Shown: positions 26,361 to 39,983, numbered from the stretch's first letter. The stretch: DNA of 64,000 bases from Octopus sinensis (GCF_006345805.1 NC_042998.1:133548001-133612000), one strand, 5' to 3'. Numbers and translations are program-made. The notes: generated by a model from the sequence alone, not told the origin.

Positions 26361-26495
26361 GAAGAAGCAAAAGAGTCCGATAGAATAAGTACTAGGCTTA
26401 CAAAGAATAAGTGCTGGGGTCGAATTGCTCGACTAAAGGTGGTGCTCCAGCATGGCCACAATCAAATAACTGAAAGAAGTAAAAGAGTAAAAGAA
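26361..26495 (+). mobile_element. 3' fragment of the CORE-type SINE
   Basis: GATAGAATAAGTACTAGGCTTACAAAGAATAAG...GCTCCAGCATGGCCACA matches 40310-40420. Confidence 0.85.
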
Positions 26496-26740
26496 TACCT
26501 GGGCATCAAAACTGCTCTTCACCCTCCTTATAGTCCAGTTCATGCTCTCCCTGCAACTTTTGATTGTTCCCCAAGCTGAAAGAGAATGTGAGTAACTAGA
26601 GAGAACAATTTTGGACACAATCAATTTGGAGGATTTTCAGTGGTGAAGTCTTCACGAAGGGACTGGGGTGCTACGACAAGTACATAGAAGTCAGAGAATC
26701 CTACTTTGAAGGAGACTGAAGTTGTGTACTTCTCTGGGAT

Positions 26741-26773
<33 letters not shown>

Positions 26774-26880
26774 GGAGGGAAGAAGGAGGGTATGACGTTT
26801 CGAGCGGAGCTCTTCGTCGGAAACATAGGAGAAAGAAACATCCCGAGGTGGGAGGACAGGATATGGAGAGGGATTACTGT
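26774..26880 (-). mobile_element. Short pLTR-type element between (TA)n tracts
   Basis: Shares ~55 nt, including the hammerhead motif, with 47624-47807. Confidence 0.6.
26790..26824 (-). ncRNA. Minimal hammerhead motif, CCGACGA core variant, GUC cleavage triplet
   Basis: GUUU-CCGACGA-A-GAGC ucc GCUC-GAAAC-GUC-AUAC. Confidence 0.55.
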
Positions 26881-26884
26881 ATAT

Positions 26885-26975
<91 letters not shown>

Positions 26976-26978
<3 letters not shown>

Positions 26979-27198
26979 TAATCCCTCTCCACATCGCAGT
27001 TCACCTATCGTGGTTTATTATTTAAGCTTACGTCGATTCCTCCCTGGTCTTGTTTTGCATTTATAATAAAATAAATATATATAGATTATAAAAATAGTAA
27101 AATAAAATAAACAGTACTATATTGTTTCTACTTCACGGATTTTCACCTGCTGCGTGGTGTTTTGGAACGTAACACCCGCAATAGTCGAAAGATTGCTG
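26976..27198. mobile_element. pogo/Tigger-like MITE
   Basis: TA-CAGTAATCCCTC...GAAAGATTGCTG-TA: degenerate TIRs, TA target duplication, 223 bp. Confidence 0.75.
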
Positions 27199-28127
27199 TA
27201 TAAGCACTAAAGAGAAATAGATTTGCTAATATGCTACTTTATATGGGAGGTCTTCGACCTCACCATCAGAGAAAGGAACTGTGTGATACCGATTAGAAAG
27301 CATTTCCTAAATAATCCATAGATATTGTAGACCTTTCATTTTCCACAATTTCAAGGCTAGCTAATCTCGTTTAGATAATATCACTTCCAATATTGCTACA
27401 ACAGAAGAAAACAATCACGTAGTCTTCACGTCACAGTTCTACCTGTAACTGGCGAATACTACAAGCTGTCTCTTTGTAAGGAATTTTTCTCTCGTAGGTT
27501 TTAACCTACAGAGCCATTATAATACCACCTGGCCTGACGAGACGCTATATATGCATGAGAGTCAATGACTTTAAAGGAAGATACACAGCACATGCACTAC
27601 TTCACGTATAGAGCAAGGAAGAATTTTAACTCTATACCTCGCATTAATTAGAAAACTCCGCAACCATCGAAACTAATTTCCCAACATTACATAAATCATT
27701 TTTAGCAAGGCCCATGATAATTTGCAAAGTTTTACATGTCCCACCAGCCAGCTGTTTTCAATAAACAGAAAACAAGTATTATCCTATTGTTGCCCCCAAC
27801 TTCCATTAATGAAGTTCAAACCATTGACTGCTGGTAATGCTATCCTAGGTCTAACTGGCTCACGACAACGGCAGAGTCGTATATAAATCCTGCTAATCCT
27901 AGAGATTACAGGCTACTGTCACAAAACATCCATATTACCTGAACTGACAAATATCAACTCGAAGCCATGTTAAATTTATTTCAATTGCTCTTCACGCTGA
28001 CTCCGAGCATCAGTTTATGTGAAAGTGTTCGGTGCCTACAACTTTATGCAATAAGGCAGAGTCAAACAGCTGTTAAATACATGTGTGTATTTGTGTATAT
28101 GTATTCATAGACGTATATGTATATATG

Positions 28128-28243
<116 letters not shown>

Positions 28244-28639
28244 GCAAAGAGCGACAGAAAAAGATGGTGAAAGGAAAAAGGGAGAGAGAAGCATTTATGA
28301 CGTGCGGTTGGATGGAGCAAGGAATGCTTATTTCGTGGTTAAAAAGTTAGCTGAAGGGAAAGATAAATAGAGAGAGATGGACAGGGAAGACAGTTACATT
28401 GAAAGAGAGAGAGGTAGATAGCGGTGACGAGGGTGACTGTGGTAGTGGTGCGTTGATATTGAAAAGTACTTTTTTATTGAACTAATTTTTTATAATGACC
28501 ATTGCATACGCACAAGTACAATCATTTATCGTCTGCTCGCTTAAAAGATTGATATTAGTTTATAAAAGTTAATTTAGCCTAAACTGGATTCACGAGAAAC
28601 ATGGCTGCAAGCTGACAGAGAAAGGATGCGCAGATATAG

Positions 28640-29015
28640 AACGGACGAAACGGGCCGCTCCTCTCCCGATCGAGAGTAGATTGAGGCCGTCAACGTCCCC
28701 GGGGCCTCCAGTCGTTCGCTTTACCGGACGGAATTGCGTGTCGTTCTCCCGCTGGCGCCAGCTATCCTGAGGGAAACTTCGGAGGGATCCAGCTACTAGA
28801 CGGCACGATTGGTCTTTCGCCCCTACACCCGGTTCCGACGATCGATTTGCACGTCAGAGGCGCTTCGGACTTCCACCAGAGTTTCCTCTGGCTTCGTCCC
28901 GACCGGGCGTGGATCGCCATCTTTCGGGTCCCCGGCCGCCTGCTACACCTGAGTCGGAACGGGAACGCCGGAGGACGCGAACGTCGCGGCGAACGCGCGG
29001 ACACGTCCCGGATCA
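28640..29015 (-). pseudogene. 28S rRNA: Dispersed 28S rRNA fragment (D2/D3-flanking core region)
   Basis: GCTATCCTGAGGGAAACTTCGGAGGG..CAGCTACTAGA, TCTTTCGCCCCTA, GATTTGCACGTCAG, CCACCAGAGTTTCCTCTGGCTTCG and TTCGCTTTACCGGA are reverse complements of conserved LSU motifs; GC-rich island with no other rDNA nearby. Confidence 0.93.
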
Positions 29016-29194
29016 GAGAACAGCGAGAAGTTATAATAAAAAGAACAAAAGACAATACCGACGGAGACGTGAGGAAATGAATGTAGACGAACGTCAAGAA
29101 TGTTTAAAGAAAGCTTAACTACGAACACTATAAAAATGCAAATCATCCTTCCTTTCTAAACTAGGTCCTCTTAACTTTTTGCATTCTGTGGAAT

Positions 29195-29506
29195 TTGTTT
29201 GTTGTTTTTTGTTCCTTCTGGAGCCATGCCTGGCCCATAAGGGCCGGTTTCCCGGTTTCTTGGCGTATAGGTTCCCCACCTGGACGGAACGCCGGTCCAT
29301 CGCAGACGGTCTGCAAGATGCAGGAGGAAAGAGTGAGAGAAAGTTGTGGCGAAGGAGTCAGCAGAAGTTCGCCACTACCTTCTGCCGGAGCCGCATAGAG
29401 CTTAGGTGTTTTCGCTCATAAACACACACATCGCCCGGTCTAAGATTCGAACCCGCGATTCCTCGACCGCGAGTCCGCTGCTCTAACCACTAGGCCATGT
29501 GTCTCC
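29195..29506 (-). mobile_element. tRNA-derived SINE (head shared with 60275-60650)
   Basis: Minus strand TGGCCTAGTGGTTAGAGCAGCGG (A box), GGTTCGAATC (B box), body GAGCGAAAACACC, tail ending in CAAA/CAA repeats. Confidence 0.85.
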
Positions 29507-30847
29507 TCTCTGTGGAATTTACACGGATCTTACTAGTATTATTTAATGTCTCATGTCCTTATTTAACACAGTAGAATATTATTAATGAGATATTTTGTGC
29601 TACTATTTCTAGCAGCGCCAGCGACCTCACATTGGCTGGAATGCTGTGCTATGTAGTGAGGTAAATATATGTTTCTTCCTATTCCAATACTTTCAGCTTC
29701 AATTGTATGTTAACTTTAACTCCAATGGTAAGCAACGAATACTGGTATTATACTATTTGCGTAGAAGTTATATCGTTTGTTCTTTTCATTAAAAAAAGTT
29801 TACTTTTTCCGACTCGCATAGCCTGAAGGTTGCAACATTACCAAACTGCTCTTCTTGTTGTCATTTCTGTTGTTACTTTAGTTCATATTGTTGCTTGTGT
29901 GGCTTGTGTTGCTGTTATTGTTGTTCATCCCGAAGATAATGCAGACCTATGATTAAAGGCATTCAAACTATAACTATCCCATCTTATTTTCAGAAACAGT
30001 GAAGCCTGAAGTACATTATCTAATACGATGTTGTTTTTTGAAGGGATTTAGCTATTATTACCCGCAGAATCATTACATGAGAGTTCCTTCGTTGGTTCGT
30101 ATTGTTATTATTGCTTGTGGTTGTGGTGGTGGTATTTTAGTTGCTATTTTTGTAAAATATGTTAAATTTCTCTGACAAACAGCGTGGTATGATTTGCATC
30201 TTTTTATTTTATATGTATGTGACCGTTTATGTAATATCATATACTGTACTAAGATAATAAAGTCAAATATGGTTTAGTGCAGCAATATTGAAGTAGTTTA
30301 GTGTGATAAAAGGCATTACACCACAGTAGAGAAGTGTGAGCGTGTAGTATTAATGCAGCATCGTGAAATATGACCGTAGTCACCAGATGTCAGATAAATT
30401 CGATCATCTCTCTCTTTACTCTCTCTCTCGCTCTCTCTCTCTCGCGCGCGCACACATCACTTATTTTGATCCTCTCCAAAGGTGTTTGAATTAACTCGGA
30501 AAGTATTTTTATCGTAGTCTTTTATGACTACGGTAACTTGCAGCTGTATTCTTCCTCTACAGCTTTTGCATAACGCTTTTTGAAATTTGAATAACTTTTA
30601 CCGCCTTGCAAACATATGATGATGAAGTACCTAGTAGCAAAAAAAATGAACGGATTTATCTGACAACGTATTATTTTAATGAGAAAAGATGATTCTGACC
30701 AAATTCCAGCTTCAGCTTCCATCATCAGGTTGAAATAAATTCTCTTCCCTAATTTTAATACTCTTTCCAAAGACTTCAATGTACCCTCGCTTCTTATGAA
30801 CCCACACAAAAATTAGACGAGAAAATAATACTTCTTTGATATAGCTT

Positions 30848-31002
30848 GGCTGTATGTGCAATTAAAAAGCTCACTTGCAATCATGAGGTTTCGGGTTCAG
30901 TCCTCCTGTGCGACATCTTGGGCAAATATCTTCTACTATAACCCTGGGTCAAAGAATACCTTGTGAGTGAATTTGTTAGTCGGGAAATACGTAGAAACCC
31001 GT

Positions 31003-31077
<75 letters not shown>

Positions 31078-31085
31078 TATATATT

Positions 31086-31154
<69 letters not shown>

Positions 31155-31252
31155 CTGTCTTTGTGTTTGTTCACCCGTATGCAGCTAAAACCTTCAAGGT
31201 AGCGCCCCAGTATTGATGCTGTACAATGACTGAAATAAGTAAAAGATGAAAA
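30848..31252 (+). mobile_element. Decayed CORE-type SINE with internal (TA)n
   Basis: GGGTTCAGTCC..ATCTTGGGCAAAT..., (TA)n at 31008-31150, tail ATGACTGAAATAAGTAAAAGA. Confidence 0.75.
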
Positions 31253-31369
31253 GATGTTCCATTGCATCTTTATCAATTCGTGTCTGACCAAAACTGGTGA
31301 TCTGTAAATAGTTTGTATAAATATAATCAGTTGTCTAAGAGGATCATATATTTCATCGAGTAACATAAG

Positions 31370-31680
31370 ACAAGAGCACTCAGATAGCGCAAACCTCCGC
31401 CAAGGCAACACCAACGTCTTCTCAAAGATTAGCCAGAGATGATTTTTAAGATGAGAATATCTGTAATAAACTCGACTGATCTCACAAACGAGAATGCTAA
31501 AAATGAACTTGACCGCTCTCTAAAATTAAGTAAAAAAAAAAAACGGAAAAATAATTCAGAATCATTGTCCGATAGCGGATCGATCACAAAATCTAATCAG
31601 TTCATGCCTATCATGAGACCAAACATCCCTGAAAGTTTCATCCGAATCTATTCAGCAGTTCTTGAGATATCAAACACGAT
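31370..31680 (+). mobile_element. Helentron-associated non-autonomous element (DINE-1/HINE-like)
   Basis: Starts ACAAGAGCACTCAG; contains AAAGTTTCATCCGAATC...GTTCTTGAGATATC, a motif typical of DINE-1-like elements (recalled). Confidence 0.55.
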
Positions 31681-31951
31681 TGAAAACAATACCTCCACCT
31701 TCGATTAGGCGGATGTAATAACATGGCAACTCCTTATTCTTGAGCCTCTTGTTTGATCTTAAATTTTTTTATGTTAGCTTATATCTTCTAAGTGATTGTT
31801 TGTCACAGCTTACTCTATGGTCCCTTTTATTTTTGATCGTATTTAATGATGACCAACTTTAGATTGGTAATTTGCACGTCACAATTTTGTATATTCTCAG
31901 AAAAACGTTTTCAGAATGGGGGTGTATTTATGAACAATATTTATTCTTTTA

Positions 31952-32148
31952 TTCTTTCACTTGTGTCAGTCATTTGAGTATTGCTATGCTGGAGCACCGC
32001 CTTTAGTCAAACAAATAGACCCCAGGACTTATTCTTTATAAGCCTAGTACTTATTCTATCGGACTCCTTTGCCGAACCGCTAAGTTACTGGGACTTTAGC
32101 ACACCAACATCGGTTCTCAAGCGATGGTGTGAGTACAAACACAGACAC

Positions 32149-32190
<42 letters not shown>

Positions 32191-32344
32191 GACGAGCTTC
32201 TTTCAGTTTCCGTCTACCAAATCCACTTACAAGACTTTGGTCGGCCCGACGCTATAGTAGAAGACACTTGCCCAAAGTGCCACGCAGTGGGACTGAACCC
32301 CGAACCATGTGGTTGGGAAGCTTCTTACAACACAGCCAGGCTGC
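31952..32344 (-). mobile_element. CORE-type tRNA-derived SINE with internal (TA)n
   Basis: Reverse complement of the 39984-40425 copy. Confidence 0.9.
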
Positions 32345-34007
32345 TCTAGCATGTGTCTTTTATTTACATTGTTGTAGTTTGTGTGTGCGCACGCGTGGGT
32401 GCGTGTGTGTATATGTGTGTGTTGTTTCAGGTTTTTATATGTGCTTGATTTTTATTTTCCTATTTTGAACTTATTTCTTTCTTATACCTTGTGGTTCTTT
32501 AATAGATTGTGATTTATTCGTGTTAGCATAAAATCTTGAGTTGTTTTTCCTCTCAACAAGTTTAAAGGTTAAAGATTAATAATATGTTTTGCGTCTAGAT
32601 TTTATTTCTAAAGGCCTTTATTTCTCCTGCCTCTTTCACATTCAACTAGTGGACGCTGGTGTACTTTATAGAATACTTTATAAAATAAGAACAATTTCCG
32701 GGTTTTTTATTAATATCTTCTATTCTAGTTTTAGTTTACAGTATTGAAGATGTGTTATTACAAGCGTAGCTATTGTATTGATTGTTTTCCTATACATTTT
32801 TGTACTTTAGATGCACTATTTAACACAATATTCAATCAATTGATGTTTTCTTTAATTTAACCCCTTTTATGAAAATGTTCTCTTGGATTAGATCCCAGTG
32901 CCAGCAAAGACCAATGAAATAAATTTGGTTCAATATCTGTTCTAGTTGCATGCAATGTTATTGTTATTTCCTCTAGTCAGCTTTATTCTTTTCTTTTTCG
33001 GAGTGTCTGTTGGATATATTTAGCGTTTACTCTATTGGAATAAAATTACATTGTCTAAAATAGTAATTCTAATCTTGTTTTATTGCTACAACTTTTCGAA
33101 TAGAATAAGTTGTTTTTTCTATTTCTTAATTTTTCGATACACGAAAATGAAAACAAACATGCTATAGAAATAAAAGAATCAACTTAGAAGATATCTAAAT
33201 GTTATTTATATATTTATTCACAATGGTAGTGGTACACTCCATAAACTTCAACACCAGTTAGCCGTCCTTCCTAGAATTGCTGCTTGGGTGATTATTTTTT
33301 TGTTTTTCTGGGGGGGGGGAGTTCTGAGATTTTTGTATGTATGTTTTTTTTCTGAGATATTTTGTATCTTAACGTCAAAATAATATTATTTAAAAATGAA
33401 AAGCGACAGGACTGTCTTTTGTCTGATGTAGATAAATAAATATTGTCTACGCTCTTTTCATTTATTCTGGAATTGCTTGGGTCATAATTTATACACAAAC
33501 ATTTTTCTGGAGTTAATCGATGGTTTATAGAATATAGAATCTTATCTAAAACGAAACGAGACGAAGAAAGCACAGGACGTGGGAAAATAGTTCTAAAAAT
33601 ATGTACGTTTCTCAAATCAAACGAACCGACCGGAAACGCATTTTCAACGTTCATAATCCCTATTATTTCGGTATTAAATTTTAATCAAGAGGGGGATGTA
33701 TGTTCTACTTTTTATTTTAAATCTTACGGTCATGTATTACATTACAACTTGGCGTCTGGTTTTACTCATAATTCTGTTATATTGAAATGAGACTAATACA
33801 ACTAAAGAAAAAATTTTTGCCAAAGAACACGTTAAAATCTGCGCAGATATTTCGAGATATTTGGCATATTACTGTGTGATCTCATTGATGCATGTAGATG
33901 CAAACAGTTGCACTCTTCAAACTACATGTTTTCGATTGATTAAACAAGACAACAATCGAGTTTTTATTTTTCTTCTCTTTTTTTTTAAGGCTTATCGATT
34001 ATTGTTT

Positions 34008-34130
34008 AGTTACGAAAAACGCTTCGCAACCACATGGTTTCGTGTTCAGTCTTTCTCTGAAGCACCTTGGTCAAATATCTTCTATTATAGCCCCGGGCCA
34101 ACTAATGGTAGACGGAAATTATGTGTAAGC
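34008..34130 (+). mobile_element. Decayed CORE-type SINE head
   Basis: AACCACATGGTTTCGTGTTCAGTC...ACCTTGGTCAAAT...TGGTAGACGGAAA. Confidence 0.7.
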
Positions 34131-34168
34131 CAGTCTCTCTCTCCCCTTCTTCCCCTCTCTCTTTCTTT

Positions 34169-34210
<42 letters not shown>

Positions 34211-35489
34211 GAAGTCAGTCGTCATGACCATGATAGTTCATGATTTTGGCATGACTTGATAAGTCTTCTCCAGACTGGTCGGTTTTTCTCTTGGTTCTGA
34301 CGTAAATAGCATCAATTTACTGATAGATTTACTCAATTGGTTTATTGATCAGTTGGGAAAAATTGAACGACCTAAAGAAATTTATGTTATTTTCGTCAGA
34401 GCCATACCATTGTGTGTCTTTGTGTCTGTGCATGTCCCTCTAAATCGCTTAGCAGTCGCTGTTGGTTTGTTTACCTCCTCATATTCTACTCATGCTACGC
34501 TCCGATAGCATGCATACCAGAACCCCAAAACCCGAAACGTTTTCGGGTTCCTTACAACACATACCATTTTTCCTTTTATTTACTTATTTATGTATTTATC
34601 TTACCACGTATAACGGTCTCAATCGCCGGTCTTTTTATTTTATTTTAACTGACTAATTATATCGAATGCTGGACCTTGTTCTATCTCACTTCTGACAACA
34701 GGTGAATGGATTTAATCACCTAGTAAGTAAAAAATTGCATCTAATCGATGAGCACTTTATTATGATAAATACTGTTAATTAGTACTATAAACATAATTAG
34801 TAAAAATTATTGTGATTAATTTAAAACATTATTGTATCTTCACCCCTTCTTCGACTAAAACCTATTGGCGTATCCCGCTATTATTATTATTTTATTATTA
34901 TTATTTGTCCATACTCTGCCTCCACCCCGTACAAAGGATTAACCCACCAGATACTATTTTAAGTTTAGTAATTTACTTAACGTCCTAAAGAGATACGCAA
35001 GCAAAATGGTATGATTATAACCATATTCAGCTTTTCCTTGTTCTTCTCTGGGTTCTTCTTTCTATTTATTCTTCACTCTGATCAAGCTCCATGATTCAGA
35101 TCGGTTTTATCACCAAATATGATAAATATAGTTTAGCATATCAACATTGGAAGCAGAAACAGCTGTTAGATGGGATGCAGTCTATTTGTATTGAATTAAT
35201 GAATAATAATTGATGTAAGTCAATTATTGTTCATCAATATTTCTCCATTTTCTGTTTTCTTTAAAATTTGATTCCTGATAAAGTCATGTTTATCCTTGTC
35301 TTTACCTATAATTTATGAGCATAATATACTTGCATATGTGTGCCCATGGTTAAATATAGGTAATATACCGGTAGTATAATGGATACTTTCATCCCTTAGA
35401 CGGTTATTTTAAACTCTAACTCAGCTAACCTGAAAGAAACCTGTCGCATATATATATATATATATATATATAAATATATATATATATAT

Positions 35490-35645
35490 GCGACAGGCTT
35501 CTTTCAGTTTCCGTCTACCAAATCCACACACAAGCCTTTGGTCAGCCTGAAGCTATGGTAGAAGGCACTTACCCAAGGAGCCACGCAGTGGGACTGAACA
35601 CGGAACCATGTGGTTTGGAGGCAAACATCATACCACACACCCAGT
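35490..35645 (-). mobile_element. CORE-type SINE 5' half
   Basis: CTTTCAGTTTCCGTCTACCAAATCC...CACGCAGTGGGACTGAAC...ACCATGTGG. Confidence 0.85.
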
Positions 35646-36530
35646 TGCTCCTATTTCTATTACATTTTTAAAATGGAATGGAAAGTATCTATTGAACGAA
35701 GCATTGTACATCGAAAACTACCTCTCATAGAATAATTGATTCTGAAGGACTGCCTTTCAGACAGTCAGACACTAGCGCGTAGCAGAACCTACATGAAATG
35801 AGCGATACCTGAGCTGCAATATACGTTGTCTTGAAGTATTTTGCTAATTAAGCAATACAATTGATATAAACACTTGCTAGAAATCTAAAACAGAAATCAA
35901 CACGCACACAAACGTAAACACACACGCAGATATATGTAGATAGACAGACAGGCAGCTTCTCTTGTGTTTAAATGTACACTATTTGTATTGAGAACATGTT
36001 GTCTATTGACTTTTTATACATGCGCCACTGGTAGTGAATTTTATAAAAAAATCTCTCAACCTTATATATTTTACGTATATGATTTTAGCATTTTCAGAAG
36101 AGTAGTTCGACATTTTTTCACTTGCTGCCGACTGAAACTGCGCTTGCGCGGTGAATTTGAAAAATTATAATATATAATGATGAAAAACGTGTTATTAAAT
36201 TTATGAACTTTCTAAACTCTCTGACAAAGCCCAGAAGCACACCCAAGTACCTTAGTCTTATCTACCAAATACTTCAGTTCACTAAAGGGATGGAAGTAGA
36301 GTGGGGTATTTCGGCCTCTTGGCTGAAACAGCTGTAAGATACTATCCTACTTTCTATTCTCTACGTTATATATTTTAATAATTACTGGTATTTTTATATA
36401 TTATATATGTAAAGCATAATATGTTATATATGTATGTATATTATAATATTTTTTTAATAAATAAATAGACGTAATATAATGTCTAAAAGTTGATTAATAC
36501 CATCTCTTGACCCCCTCCATTTTCTTATTG

Positions 36531-36534
<4 letters not shown>

Positions 36535-36615
<81 letters not shown>

Positions 36616-36687
36616 ATATGTATATATTATGTATGTATGTATGAATGCATGTATGTATGTATATTTGTATATATATATGTGTATGTT

Positions 36688-36720
<33 letters not shown>

Positions 36721-36764
36721 GTATATATGTATGTATATATATATATGTATGTATGTATCTATCA

Positions 36765-36828
<64 letters not shown>

Positions 36829-36930
36829 ATATATGTATATATTGTGTGTGTGTGTACACGTACATGCATATAAATATGTGTATAAACATATACATATATC
36901 TATAATTATATATATGTATGCATACATACA
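36535..36930. repeat. (TA)n/(TATG)n compound microsatellite
   Basis: Directly visible. Confidence 0.95.
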
Positions 36931-37318
36931 TTATGTGTGTGTATATTATATACACAGAGGGAGTGAGAGAGTTTCGTCACAATAGGCGTTTCAAATTCAC
37001 CTAGTCCTTCACTATGAAATAAAAAAAACACGTAAATAATATATTTCAGAAAATGAACACAGCTGTAAAAGAAAATGGTATGCCTAGAGGAGTGAACAAC
37101 CAACAAAGTGATGATATCAAATGCAAGGAATGCGTCTATCAGTATAAGTATTATATTAATGTGGGGGTGTGTATAGATATAGACGTATATAATATGTGAA
37201 TATGTATGTATGTATGTACAACGGTACGCGCCTGTATACATATATATATATATATTTAAATGTTTATTATATATGTGTGTGTATCTGTAAGTACTTATGC
37301 ATATGTACAAATGTGTGT

Positions 37319-37376
<58 letters not shown>

Positions 37377-38129
37377 GACCATATATACATACATACATAC
37401 ATACATACATAACATTACATACATACATACATACATACATACAAACATACTTAGAAAAATATATTATAAATCCCTCATTCTCCCTCGCTTCCATCAAAAT
37501 AGATTAGTTCTTTTCATAGTTGCTCTTCTCATCTTTTTACCCTAAGCTTGCTGCGAAGGGAGTGCTAGAGATATCTAAGTTTAACAAGACACACTTGCAT
37601 ACATATGTGTAGGTCTTTGTGTGTCTACCTGAGAGATTGAGAGACACAGAGGGGAAGAGGGAGTGGGGAATAGAGTGTGTGAGTGTGTGAGTGTGTGTGT
37701 GTGTGTGTTTTTGTGTGTGTTTGCGTGTTTGTGTGTATGTGAGTACGCGCGTGGATGCGTGTGCTTGCGCGATCTGTATGTTTCTCACTATTAATGCTCT
37801 TTTCGATATGAAAGGTAGTAGGTGGCTGTCTTAAAAAAGTCCTCTTTCGAAGTCACTCAGAAATCCTATTCTCGTCTAGATATTGGAGAGTACAAAACCT
37901 TTTATTAACGTTCCATTTGTCGTAAATAATTTCCGTTCAGAGATAAACTCCAGTAGTTTGTTGCCTTTTCACTTACATCGTTACATATGCTATATTCTTC
38001 AAAATTTCTCCTAGAATATATTGATTTAAAGACGGTCACTACCTATGAAAGAATACGTAATCCACATAGTATAGTAGTTGCTTTCAAGTATACGAGCAAA
38101 GCCATTGCTAGAAAAAATCACTGAAATGA

Positions 38130-38405
38130 GTCATTGATGATGCAATATGAGGCACTTGTATGACTCTTCAGCCCGGCACATGATTTACACATTCTGTTGC
38201 ATAATGCACAGGTGTGCTAGCTGGTAGGAGAAGCAAGTGCCACAGAATGAACTCTTTTGACATGCCTTTTCAATCCTCCAACTGAAAGGCACAAATTTCC
38301 ACAGGTTGCACATGTTCTGTTGTGAACAATAGCCATGTCACAATCTACAATGGGTTCATTCTCTGAGTTCTCTGATGGCTGACCAGGCCTGCACGATTCA
38401 AGCAT
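38130..38405 (-). pseudogene. Two C2H2-type zinc fingers separated by an in-frame TAG; probably the 3' end of an RTE-type LINE ORF
   Basis: CATCGNLCLSVGGLKRHVKRVH...*HTCALCNRMCKSCAGLKSH. Confidence 0.6.
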
Positions 38406-38534
38406 TTCCTCTCACAAATCACACACACAAAAAGCAACAGTCCCTCATTTTCCACTGGTTCATTCTTTCTAAGCCTTCTCTTAATCTCTTCGTGCTTCAT
38501 TCTCTCTCTGAGTCAAACTTCGAACAACCACTGC

Positions 38535-38599
<65 letters not shown>

Positions 38600-39756
38600 C
38601 ACAGATTCGATTTAGAGATTTTCGGTATAGAAGACATTTAATACTGCTCAAAAGATTGAAGCTTAGATTCCGCTGCATTTATAGGAAATCGGTTCCGCAA
38701 AGTAGAGAATGACTGTAAGAGGGATCAAGTTGTGCGAATATAGAGGCAATTAGGCGGATAAACAAAGTAAATACATTAGATATATTAAATATAATAGTTT
38801 GGGTATGAAATACACAATATGTATATATGTATACACACAAAACGAGAGAAAGCAAAAGGTGTAGACTTTCAGATGAATTTTTAAGTATAAATATATAGAT
38901 ATTTATATTAATAGGTCCAACTTAAAGTTCAAACGACAGAGAAAATTAAAGGGGTAGGAGAAAGGTGATATAAGATCGGAAATGTAAGATCTTCTCTACC
39001 CTGATGACGGAGGATCGTCTTATCTAATGTGGATTGTATCCATTACAGCGATATACTGTGATGAACCACATTTACCAACACTGTTATGGATCTCCGAACC
39101 CACAGAATCAGCTGTTGGTGTTATAATTGTTTCTCTCTCTCTATTTATTTACGTGTGTGTGTGTGTGTGTATTCATCAACGCACACTCAGTAAATTTATA
39201 CTGAGAACATGTAAACAGGAAATGATTCGAGAATTTCATCATAGAAAAAGGCAGTGCTTAGATTTTTCATCAAGTAGCTACCGGTTTCTTTCGCTTTAAA
39301 ATGACGACCTAGTTATGCTGAAATAAAAATAAAAAGGAATTGAAATAAATCAAAATTAATTTTTCATAACACCCGGTCTGGAGATTCACTGTTTTCCTTA
39401 TAAAGATCACTCAGTGCTGTATTTCATTTCCTTCTGATCGTTGGTAGATTGCAGTTGATAGCAGTAGAAATACAGAACCATGTGATCTTTGTAAGACAAA
39501 CATCTGAGCTTCTAGCACTGATATGAAAGATTGATTGAATTTGGTTTATTTCAATTTATTTGTTCGTTTATTTCAGCATGACCAGATTTTAGTATTCTAA
39601 ACAAATCACAGGTACAAGTACAGAGGCTTTTTTGTTTTAGAGAGAGAGAGAGAGAGAGAGAGTCAATAATAGAGAATACGAAGGATTATGTAGAAAGGTG
39701 GAGAGGATTGGAAAAGAAGGGTTTCATAATAATAATAATAATAATAATATAATAAT

Positions 39757-39803
<47 letters not shown>

Positions 39804-39983
39804 AATAATAATAATAATAATAATAATATAATAATAATAATATAAACATTACTTGCAATTTGCGGCAAGAAAACGGGAGAAGTTGTAAAAGAGAGAAAAG
39901 ACTGTAAGGAGCACATAAAAGGGAGTATTATTTAAAAAGGATATGGTTAAAATTCTGGTGTGTAAAGTTAATTTACACATGAA

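Noticed and set aside
27350-27950. Possible L1/CR1 RT remnant on the minus strand (FRWLRSFLINARYRVKI); similar faint traces at 45330-45700, 57480-57780 and 62440-62720
   Set aside because: Motif matches are too short and stop-ridden to support as features without a profile search.
30528-30809. 93-aa minus-strand ORF
   Set aside because: No domain recognised; only a faint hAT-like resemblance in another frame.
34525-34546. Near-palindrome AACCCGAAACGTTTTCGGGTT containing GAAACGTT
   Set aside because: No CUGANGA upstream; at most a very decayed pLTR.
39001-39030. CTGATGA followed by a short stem
   Set aside because: No downstream GAAA, so the hammerhead core is incomplete.
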